Of a DNA stretch of 64,000 bases, positions 26,611 to 33,161 are shown one piece after another. The DNA comes from an uncultured Spirochaetaceae bacterium (GTDB lineage Bacteria; Spirochaetota; Spirochaetia; Sphaerochaetales; Sphaerochaetaceae), in contig CAZPTG010000001.1 of the NCBI GenBank assembly GCA_964589355.1, positions 31-64,030 of the forward strand, given 5' to 3'. The position numbers were made by a program, and so were the translations under genes. The notes beneath the pieces were generated by a model. It had not been told where the DNA came from. It was given only the letters and a program-made list of their open reading frames with translations, and searched no databases. Within the stretch, counting starts at the first letter, position 1. Every line of letters begins with the position of its first letter.

Positions 26611-26648
26611 AGTTTTAATAATTTAACTGTTTAGTTTTAATAATTTAA
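26605..26648. repeat. perfect 22-bp tandem direct repeat x2
   Basis: ctgtttagttttaataatttaa occurs twice in tandem, followed by an A/T-only stretch. Confidence 0.9.
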
Positions 26649-26724
26649 TCTCTAAAATAATAATAAATAAATTTTAGTTGTTGTTAATTAAGGTGGCTTA
26701 AGTACTCTCATAATTACGGTATTT

Positions 26725-26741
26725 AAACTATTTGTTATAAT
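26725..26741 (+). promoter_or_regulatory. 17-nt box AAACTATTTGTTATAAT (TGnTATAAT-like), identical to the box before the late operon
   Basis: Exact 17/17 identity with 31156-31172. Contains an extended -10-like TGTTATAAT. Confidence 0.45.
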
Positions 26742-26952
26742 CTGGTGGACAAAAGTCCTCAAAAAAATACCTGTTATTGGAAAACAGTAGGGAAAGAGCT
26801 GTATCAGCTGTACTTCAGCATTCATACCCTTTCTTTGGGGTGACAACTATTTATGGTGTTGTCTGTATAGTTTTATTTAAAGACCTACTGTTTGTGCAGC
26901 AACCATCTGGCTTAATCCTACATGGGTTACTACAGTTCTGTTGTTTGTGGTT

Positions 26953-27135
26953 CTACTGCGTATGTTGCTCTCGTTTTAGCCTGCTAATCCGTTGTTGCAG
27001 TTCAACTATACGCTCTTCATCCCTTGGTACTCGCTTATCAATTACTTTCTTTCCACGAGTTCGCATATTTTTGGACTTAGGCCTATTCAGCTGACCTGAA
27101 AGCCTAGTTTTAGCTCTATCTAACCTGGTTTTCAT
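26953..27135 (-). CDS. basic hypothetical protein (60 aa)
   Basis: ORF on the coding strand. Arg/Lys-rich. Confidence 0.45.
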   Translation of the reverse strand: MKTRLDRAKTRLSGQLNRPKSKNMRTRGKKVIDKRVPRDEERIVELQQRISRLKREQHTQ

Positions 27136-27445
27136 ATTTAGCCTCCCTTTTTTTAGTTTTTACATACTTTCTGTACTTTTTGTCAATAGAACACCAGAAT
27201 AGTTCCCTTTCGATTGATGCTGCCCATGGAAATGCTTGTGATATAGCATTTAGATCCCCGTTTATATTTAATGGGCTGTTAGTACTCGTAAATGGGTCAC
27301 TCTTTGATGCTTTTAACTTAGATGTTTTAGAAGCAAAGAAGTATGTTAGATCAATAAACCTATTTAATAAACTCTCTTTCTTTAAAAACGAGACTAGTAG
27401 CTTATTATCCAAGGTCTTGCCGGATATTTGCCACCTACTTATCAT
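27116..27445 (-). CDS. hypothetical protein (109 aa from Met38)
   Basis: The start was placed at 27445 because it forms an ATGA overlap with the stop of the upstream ORF (27442). Confidence 0.5.
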   Translation of the reverse strand: MISRWQISGKTLDNKLLVSFLKKESLLNRFIDLTYFFASKTSKLKASKSDPFTSTNSPLNINGDLNAISQAFPWAASIERELFWCSIDKKYRKYVKTKKREAKYENQVR

Positions 27446-27846
27446 AATCTCCACCACTTCCTGGTTTGCAATGGGATCATATAACCATCTTCCTTGATAG
27501 CAAATTGGTATTCCCAACCTTTTAGCATCACAAAGAAATCTGTGATCTTGTGCCAATTAGTTGACTTAGGCCATTTTGTACCTGTTTGCTTAACCTTGTA
27601 ATGAGTAGCTTTAAGCAGCCTATAATAATTAGGTTGGCAATAGCCTATTACACCAATAGGAAGACGTTTACCTACTTCTACATAGGCTGTCTTATAATCC
27701 TTTGTAGGTATTAACCCAGTAATTACTACAGCATGTCCTGCTAATTCTTCTGTAGGGTTGTCCTTGAGTACGTCAGGTAGTAATAATACTCGATCCCCAA
27801 TCTGTACTTTGTTGGAATTTAACCATACTAATGCTTTTGATGTCAT
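27442..27846 (-). CDS. hypothetical protein (134 aa)
   Basis: ORF on the coding strand, with the box 9 nt upstream. Confidence 0.6.
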   Translation of the reverse strand: MTSKALVWLNSNKVQIGDRVLLLPDVLKDNPTEELAGHAVVITGLIPTKDYKTAYVEVGKRLPIGVIGYCQPNYYRLLKATHYKVKQTGTKWPKSTNWHKITDFFVMLKGWEYQFAIKEDGYMIPLQTRKWWRL

Positions 27847-27870
27847 ACATCTATATTTTGTGGTTAATAA

Positions 27871-28113
27871 TCAGCTCCCCATACCTAACTGGGGAGCTTC
27901 ACTTTTTGCAATCTCTTCATCAATTTCCACTACTTTCTTGTCAATGTAGCTGATGAGGGAGAATCTGTATTCTTCTGCAAACAATGGGTTGTAGTTTTTG
28001 TTGTTTAACAACCTATTATTCCTAAATACTATTCTACCTGTACTGATTGCTTCCCTATCCCTGAGAAGCTTGGCTTTACGATTATTAAGTCTTTCTAATC
28101 CTTTTTCAATCAC
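27871..28113 (-). CDS. hypothetical protein (80 aa), GTG start
   Basis: ORF on the coding strand with no ATG available. Two boxes lie upstream. Confidence 0.45.
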   Translation of the reverse strand: MIEKGLERLNNRKAKLLRDREAISTGRIVFRNNRLLNNKNYNPLFAEEYRFSLISYIDKKVVEIDEEIAKSEAPQLGMGS

Positions 28114-28168
28114 TTTATTTTGTGGTTTAATTTAACTTATTTATAACTTTGTAGCTTTGTGGTTTAGT

Positions 28169-28690
28169 TTAACAGATGTGTGGTTTTCCACTACTTTGCC
28201 CTACTATGGCAACTCGCCCCTTTTTCTTAGCAAGTCTGTAGAATTCTTTCTCTTCTTCAGTAGCAGGTCTATACTCTGCTTCAAACCAAGCAGGCTTGTT
28301 TAGGTGTCTTAAATTTCTAATTGGATCACCAGTAAAGGCTTCACATAATATTAAATCACTGTACCATTTTGCTTCCAATATTTTAGTAACTGTACCTTCA
28401 ATATTACCACTGTGGTAATGTGTAATTACAACTATTTCCCCCCTTTTAGGTTTATAGTTCCAGGTTAACATTTTATTGTTGACAGACCACAAGGTGGGAT
28501 AAGCATGTGGATTTACATTGTCTATCATAGCAATACCTTGGTTTGCAACTTCTTCATAGAAGTCTTTTGTCACTGGTGTACCGAATAGGTAATCCATCTC
28601 ACCTTCACTGTTAAAACGTGCTTTAGTTCTAAAATTAGAACCAAACTCTTTCATGAGTTCTTCCTTAGTTTTAAATCTGTAAATCTTCAT
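28169..28690 (-). CDS. hypothetical protein (173 aa)
   Basis: ORF on the coding strand, with a variant box upstream. Confidence 0.6.
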   Translation of the reverse strand: MKIYRFKTKEELMKEFGSNFRTKARFNSEGEMDYLFGTPVTKDFYEEVANQGIAMIDNVNPHAYPTLWSVNNKMLTWNYKPKRGEIVVITHYHSGNIEGTVTKILEAKWYSDLILCEAFTGDPIRNLRHLNKPAWFEAEYRPATEEEKEFYRLAKKKGRVAIVGQSSGKPHIC

Positions 28691-28718
28691 AATCTTATAG
28701 TTTTGTAGTTAATAGTAT

Positions 28719-28925
28719 TTAATGATTTAAAAGATAGTTAATACACTTGGGAATCTTCTTATCTTCATAGAATGGGTCAAATTTTGTAGCTGTAATTTCC
28801 ATTGCTTTGTGATAGAAGTATGTACTTAACATTAGGTAGAATGCTTGACCCTTCCTTAAATTAGGATTTTGTTCTAATAAATCCTCACGTTTCTTTATTA
28901 CTAATGTTATTTGCTCTCTAGTCAT
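28719..28925 (-). CDS. hypothetical protein (68 aa)
   Basis: ORF on the coding strand. Confidence 0.5.
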   Translation of the reverse strand: MTREQITLVIKKREDLLEQNPNLRKGQAFYLMLSTYFYHKAMEITATKFDPFYEDKKIPKCINYLLNH

Positions 28926-28938
28926 ACTATTGATTTGA

Positions 28939-29199
28939 TTATATAATAAATTCTTTAATTAATAAGTATATTATATATAATAGTAAACATACTGTTACAA
29001 ATGCTACTATAATGATTACCCCTAAGTACATAGTTTCAAGGACTGAACTGTCGCATGCTAACAAATCTATTTCATCTACATGTGTAAAGTATAGGATTAG
29101 TTTCCCTATACCCCACCCACATACAGCTGTGATTGCTAATTCAGCTGCTATTATTATAGGTACTAACAATACCCTAAATACTATTTTTATTATTTTCAT
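28939..29199 (-). CDS. small membrane protein (86 aa, 3 predicted TM segments)
   Basis: The hydrophobic segments are VLLVPIIIAAELAITAVCGW and LGVIIIVAFVTVCLLLYIIYLLI. The box lies 2 nt upstream. Confidence 0.55.
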   Translation of the reverse strand: MKIIKIVFRVLLVPIIIAAELAITAVCGWGIGKLILYFTHVDEIDLLACDSSVLETMYLGVIIIVAFVTVCLLLYIIYLLIKEFII

Positions 29200-29210
29200 A
29201 GTTTTGTGGT

Positions 29211-29594
29211 TTAAAGTTCAGTGTCAACTAATCTTTCAAATACCATTTCCCTGTTCTCTTCATCCAGCCTATCAAATTCATGTAAAGGTGTGTGGAGTCT
29301 TTTTACACTAAACTCTACCGAATTTAAGACATTAATAACAGTAACTTGTTTTATATCACTAGGATGCTCTATAAGTTGTTCCCTTGCTTGTGTATCAAAC
29401 CAGGTTAGTTCGTTGTAGTTAATATATCCTATCCTAAACTTTATCCCATCTTTAATGACAAATACGCAAAGGTACCTACTGGGATAGACTGAGCTTGTTA
29501 ATTCAGGGTCATTATGGCTGTGAGATTCAATACAATAATTAATATCATCAATGTTAATTATTGTACCTCTTCCAATTAATTCAATTTTATTCAT
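29211..29594 (-). CDS. hypothetical protein (127 aa)
   Basis: ORF on the coding strand, with the box 9 nt upstream. Confidence 0.6.
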   Translation of the reverse strand: MNKIELIGRGTIINIDDINYCIESHSHNDPELTSSVYPSRYLCVFVIKDGIKFRIGYINYNELTWFDTQAREQLIEHPSDIKQVTVINVLNSVEFSVKRLHTPLHEFDRLDEENREMVFERLVDTEL

Positions 29595-30038
29595 AGTTGT
29601 ATATTTTTGTGGTTTATAGCTATTAGTATTATATAGGTTGGGTTATTGATTATGTGAAATTAGGGCTGATTGAGGCGTGAGTTTAGACGACCTATAACAC
29701 TCTCCCTCATTTGCCCATAAATGCCCTTTTTAAGCGATTTAAAGCCTTCATAGGGTAGTTTAGGTACTACAGGTCTATTTAGACTATAAACAGCTTATAT
29801 GGCTTTATTTGGGGATATGCCAACATACTTCAGACAGTCCAAATTTGGACTAAACTTTCAGATCTGATAGTACTCAATTTAGTTATCAGTACTTACTATT
29901 TATCCTTATTGCCTTTTATAATTACTATTATAAGCATGGCAAATAATGTCATAATTATAACAGCTGTTTCTAATTCCATGATTAATTAATTTAGTTATTG
30001 GTACTTATTTTGTAGGAATACCATGATTTAGCTTAGTG

Positions 30039-30067
30039 AAAAAAGGGGCTACACACTGTAACCCCTA
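30039..30067 (-). terminator. strong intrinsic terminator after ORF 30073-30687
   Basis: The minus strand reads GGGGTTACA-GTG-TGTAGCCCC followed by TTTTTTCAC. Confidence 0.8.
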
Positions 30068-30072
30068 GTACT

Positions 30073-30687
30073 TTAGATCTTTTGACCTTGCTGTTGCTGA
30101 TCTTCAGTCTCTGACTCACCAATGGACTCGTCATCAACTGGCTTACCTCTTGCTGTTTCTTCAGCCTGAGCCTTACGCAGTACCAGTTTGGCACTAGCAG
30201 ATGCGTATCGGTTAGGGTCAAGTTCAGTTGTTGGCACTAACTCACGATTACCCATGTTCATGGTCTTGATCTCCTCCAGAGATGACTCGTCACCAGCCCA
30301 AACAAACACGCTGATACGAGTAGAGATCATAGGCTTCCCTTTGTCAGGGTGCCCATCGGGGTACTTCATATAGTTACCTTCCCGATCTTTGACGTAGTAC
30401 GGTGACACACTGAGGGTAGCAAAATAACCTTCGACATCACCTAGCGCTTTAAGCTTAGCTGGATCGTACTTATCGTTGTCATCTTTGCAAGCTTTGACAA
30501 GTTCGATCTTGCGTTTGTCGTTGGCATTGCTACCAAAGATGTTGACAAATGGGTCAGTGTTAGAGCTTTTGAATATGTTACGACCTTTTTCTTGCAGGGC
30601 AAGTGAGACATATTCTATCTCTTCACCACGTACTGTGGTCTTGCTGTGCCGGTTGACACCAGCAATTTCATAGACTTTTTTTTCCAT
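30073..30687 (-). CDS. hypothetical protein (204 aa) with acidic C-terminal tail; monocistronic, GC-rich first leftward gene
   Basis: ORF immediately left of the divergent control region. Followed by a terminator. Its composition is clearly more GC-rich than its neighbours. Confidence 0.65.
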   Translation of the reverse strand: MEKKVYEIAGVNRHSKTTVRGEEIEYVSLALQEKGRNIFKSSNTDPFVNIFGSNANDKRKIELVKACKDDNDKYDPAKLKALGDVEGYFATLSVSPYYVKDREGNYMKYPDGHPDKGKPMISTRISVFVWAGDESSLEEIKTMNMGNRELVPTTELDPNRYASASAKLVLRKAQAEETARGKPVDDESIGESETEDQQQQGQKI

Positions 30688-30719
30688 AACTGTTGATTAT
30701 TTTAAAGGTTTATAACTTA

Positions 30720-30895
30720 CTATCAGTCCTATGAGAATATTGGCAAGGGTACCTTATTTTACTTACTGTCATGAAGGGAGTGTAAGAAAAGCTGAAGATA
30801 AGTACCATTTCTCATAGTAACACTATCAGTGCTATGAGATACTTCAGCAAAAGAACCACTCCCAGACTTTTTTAAAGCCTGATAGTGATTTGAGA
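30720..30895. promoter_or_regulatory. three related 17-nt boxes (CTATCAGTSCTATGAGA) in the divergent control region
   Basis: ctatcagtcctatgaga is at 30720-30736, ctatcagtgctatgaga at 30823-30839 and ctgatagtgatttgaga at 30879-30895. An inverted half-site, tctcatag, is at 30810-30817. Confidence 0.5.
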
Positions 30896-31155
30896 ATCAT
30901 AAAATAAACACGGCGGGTTAAGGAGTTATTCTTTGTTGCCGTTTTACAAAGCCTCCTAAGGTAATATTTAGACTTATTAACTTACCTTGGCTTTGGGGAA
31001 TAAAAGTTAAAGGTGCCCCCCTTTTCCCCTCAAAACTGCATAGGGGAGGTTGATACAAGGTGGAACCCGTACTCAGCTATATATTATGCGGGAGGGGTGT
31101 ATACACAGAGTAGTGATACCTTCACTTGACTATATATAATATAAAAAATTTTTTG

Positions 31156-31172
31156 AAACTATTTGTTATAAT
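31156..31172 (+). promoter_or_regulatory. promoter-like box AAACTATTTGTTATAAT before the first rightward ORFs
   Basis: Extended -10-like TGTTATAAT, 17 nt upstream of the ATG at 31189. Identical to 26725-26741. Confidence 0.5.
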
Positions 31173-31288
31173 TTGAGTATAATAGGGTATGAAAAATAAG
31201 GCAGAAGATACAATATTTGAAGCTTTATTAAAGTTCACAATGATATTAATAACAGTGGTAGTAATCACTAAACTTATAAATAATTATT

Positions 31289-31780
31289 ATGGCGGAAGCA
31301 GTGAAAACATCAACAGAATTGAAAGAACAAGACAAACAAGCGATACAACGTCTAGAGATACCATTTACCCCTTTAGACGACAAGGTGTTAGTAAAGCCGA
31401 TGGAACCTATACATTTGAAACGAGAAGAGATAGTATTTAAGGAGGATGATAGGGTTAGTAAGAAGAAGTCTCTAAAGGAAATTGAGAAGGGCCCTAAGAC
31501 TGAAACTGAAACTATTACGAAAGAAGTTAAAGCTAATGTTAGGCGTGGTGTAGTTCTATCCATATCTAATAGTAATAAGGATAAATTTGACCTTGAAGAA
31601 GGGGATGTAATAGTTTATCATGAGAGGCCTAGTGTATTTCAATTTGACTTATATAGGGACTCAGTTTTGTTAAATATATATGATATATTAGGTATGTGGA
31701 ATATAACTAAAGAGAATGATAATGACATCTACGGGAGAATATATAAGGAGAGCGATAGCAAGGAACAAGCAAGTAAGTAG
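31289..31780 (+). CDS. GroES-like co-chaperonin (Cpn10/gp31-like) with enlarged mobile loop
   Basis: IPFTPLDDKVLVKP, RRGVVLSISNS, EEGDVIVY and LLNIYDILGMW align by eye to GroES IRPLHDRVIVK, RGEVLAVGNG, VGDIVIF and LIMSESDILAIV. Confidence 0.65.
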   Translation: MAEAVKTSTELKEQDKQAIQRLEIPFTPLDDKVLVKPMEPIHLKREEIVFKEDDRVSKKKSLKEIEKGPKTETETITKEVKANVRRGVVLSISNSNKDKFDLEEGDVIVYHERPSVFQFDLYRDSVLLNIYDILGMWNITKENDNDIYGRIYKESDSKEQASK

Positions 31781-31967
31781 TGCTGTTAGGAATATGCCTA
31801 ATGATCAGGAATTAGGCGAACATGTGAGGTCTTTGTATAAATATGATGAAAGTGTACATAACCTTAACCAAGAACAATCTGGGCAAACCAGGTTAAATTT
31901 TGAGGGTGAAAATGAAACCTTTTCAACCCAATATAAGTATAAGTACCGTAATTGGTTAGGCAGGTAG
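31716..31967 (+). CDS. hypothetical protein (83 aa)
   Basis: ORF on the rightward strand. Overlaps the GroES-like 3' end, so the start is uncertain. Confidence 0.4.
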   Translation: MIMTSTGEYIRRAIARNKQVSSAVRNMPNDQELGEHVRSLYKYDESVHNLNQEQSGQTRLNFEGENETFSTQYKYKYRNWLGR

Positions 31968-32252
31968 TCTAACTAATAGGCACCTACCGAGAGGTAGATC
32001 GCCCCCGAGGGCCGAGAGGTAGTTAGGGGGTCAGAAGTTGGGTTAGTAAGTATATTGTCCCCGATAGTGCCAAAAACACCCTAAGTATAAGCTAAGCACC
32101 CTATGACCCAACAGGTCTATATAGAATGGAAAAAATAGGGGTGGGTGTAGCCAACAAGAGGTGACGAACTGGTTTAGCGAAAACTTAGGGCAAATTTTAC
32201 GATTATAGGGGATAGGTATATCTAAAAATTAATAAAATAGCTTATTTAGCTT

Positions 32253-32495
32253 ATGAGTTTAAAAGATGAATTTAGGGATATTCTCCATAATAGGACTGAT
32301 GTAGCTAGGTTTAACTTAGGTACAGAAAATAAGTCAGGAGTTGATGTTATGTTTAGGCGTAACATAAAAGCAGCTGAAATAGTTGATGAAGAGACTGGTA
32401 CTGAAGATGATGAAGTATTTTATAAGTTTAAAGGCAGTATATCAAGCCCTGAAGAATTAATTTATAGGTTAGATAATAAAAGGCCCCCAGAGTAA
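32253..32495 (+). CDS. hypothetical protein (80 aa)
   Basis: ORF on the rightward strand. Confidence 0.5.
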   Translation: MSLKDEFRDILHNRTDVARFNLGTENKSGVDVMFRRNIKAAEIVDEETGTEDDEVFYKFKGSISSPEELIYRLDNKRPPE

Positions 32496-32564
32496 TGCCT
32501 ATGGGCAATCATATAAAACTGGGCGTAAATCAAAGAGTAAAACTAAAAAGGGGAGATAGTAAAT

Positions 32565-32864
32565 ATGTTGATAGAAAAGATTTATAAGCGTGAAGATGAT
32601 AAAGGTAATTTTGTAGTTGATGTTGTACTCCCTGGCGTTGACAAATCAGATATTAAAGTTATTACCGAGTTAGGTTAGTTGCATGTTAAGGCTAGTCATG
32701 AAAGTGAAGCTATGGCACGTAAGGTATTATTTAATGAATGGTATGCTTTACCTAGGAATCTAGACCTTGACAATGTAAGAGCTAAATATGAAAATGGTAT
32801 CCTAAGTATAAGTATATCAAAGATTGAATTGGAAGACCTAGGTAAGCAAGTTAAAGTTGAGTAG
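32565..32864 (+). CDS. small heat-shock protein (Hsp20/alpha-crystallin domain) interrupted by an in-frame TAG at 32676-32678 (readthrough or pseudogene)
   Basis: ATG at 32565 gives MLIEKIYKREDDKGNFVVDVVLPGVDKSDIKVITELG, then TAG. The same frame continues LHVKASHE...AKYENGILSISISK. Together these form a typical ACD, with the PGV..dI.v motif and Y.NGiL.I.i.K. Confidence 0.65.
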
Positions 32865-32918
32865 TTACTAACTTAATCAGTTTGCTTATGTATGGACTAT
32901 GGTTATTAACTCCAGTCT

Positions 32919-32948
32919 AACCCCAGTAAGGCTGGGGTTTTTTTATTA
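32919..32948 (+). terminator. intrinsic terminator after the Hsp20 gene
   Basis: AACCCCAG-TAAGG-CTGGGGTT followed by TTTTTTATT. Confidence 0.8.
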
Positions 32949-33003
32949 TCAGTATTATATAACCTTTTAACTAAATATACGTATCAGTACTAAATTATTA
33001 ATT

Positions 33004-33147
33004 ATGGATGAACAACAGAAAGCAGTTGAACAGTTTAGGCTAGAATGCCTTAGGGAGGCTTTATTCTTTCTTAAAGGCGATAAAGAAGTAACTGACACAG
33101 AGATAGTCAGGACAGCAAAGAAATTTGCTAAATTTGTAACAGAATAA
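33004..33147 (+). CDS. hypothetical protein (47 aa)
   Basis: Own translation gives MDEQQKAVEQFRLECLREALFFLKGDKEVTDTEIVRTAKKFAKFVTE. It fills an otherwise empty gap and is below the track cut-off. Confidence 0.4.
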   Translation: MDEQQKAVEQFRLECLREALFFLKGDKEVTDTEIVRTAKKFAKFVTE

Positions 33148-33161
33148 ATAAAAAGGTAATT

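Larger units (their letters stand above)
25288..29615 (-). promoter_or_regulatory. array of conserved AAACCACAAAA boxes upstream of early-gene start codons
   Basis: Plus-strand TTTTGTGGTTT copies lie at 25288-25299, 25742-25753, 25889-25900, 26529-26540, 27856-27865, 28118-28128, 28156-28165, 29202-29212 and 29604-29615. Variants lie at 26943-26952 and 28701-28710. Most end 8-10 nt before an ATG on the minus strand. Confidence 0.7.

Noticed and set aside
26605-26648. Possible CRISPR array.
   Set aside because: There are only two directly abutting 22-bp units with no spacers, and no cas genes.
26777-27094. 105-aa plus-strand ORF downstream of the 26725 promoter-like box.
   Set aside because: It overlaps minus-strand ORF 26953-27135. 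It is Cys/Leu/Phe-rich with no motif and runs against the operon direction. It is kept only as a possible antisense-transcript target in the finding.
25288-29615. Reading the TTTTGTGGTTT boxes as Bacteroidota-type TAnnTTTG -7 promoter elements.
   Set aside because: The TTTG-containing reading is on the plus strand, which is antisense to all the genes they precede. Only some copies have the required TA spacing.
30033-30221. 62-aa minus-strand ORF overlapping the 3' end of ORF 30073-30687 and the terminator.
   Set aside because: It is an out-of-frame overlap with a much better ORF, and it runs through the terminator hairpin.
31189-31440. 83-aa ORF starting right after the late promoter-like box.
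   Set aside because: Its last 150 nt overlap, in another frame, the GroES-like ORF, whose N-terminal strand is homologous to GroES. A shorter real peptide cannot be excluded.
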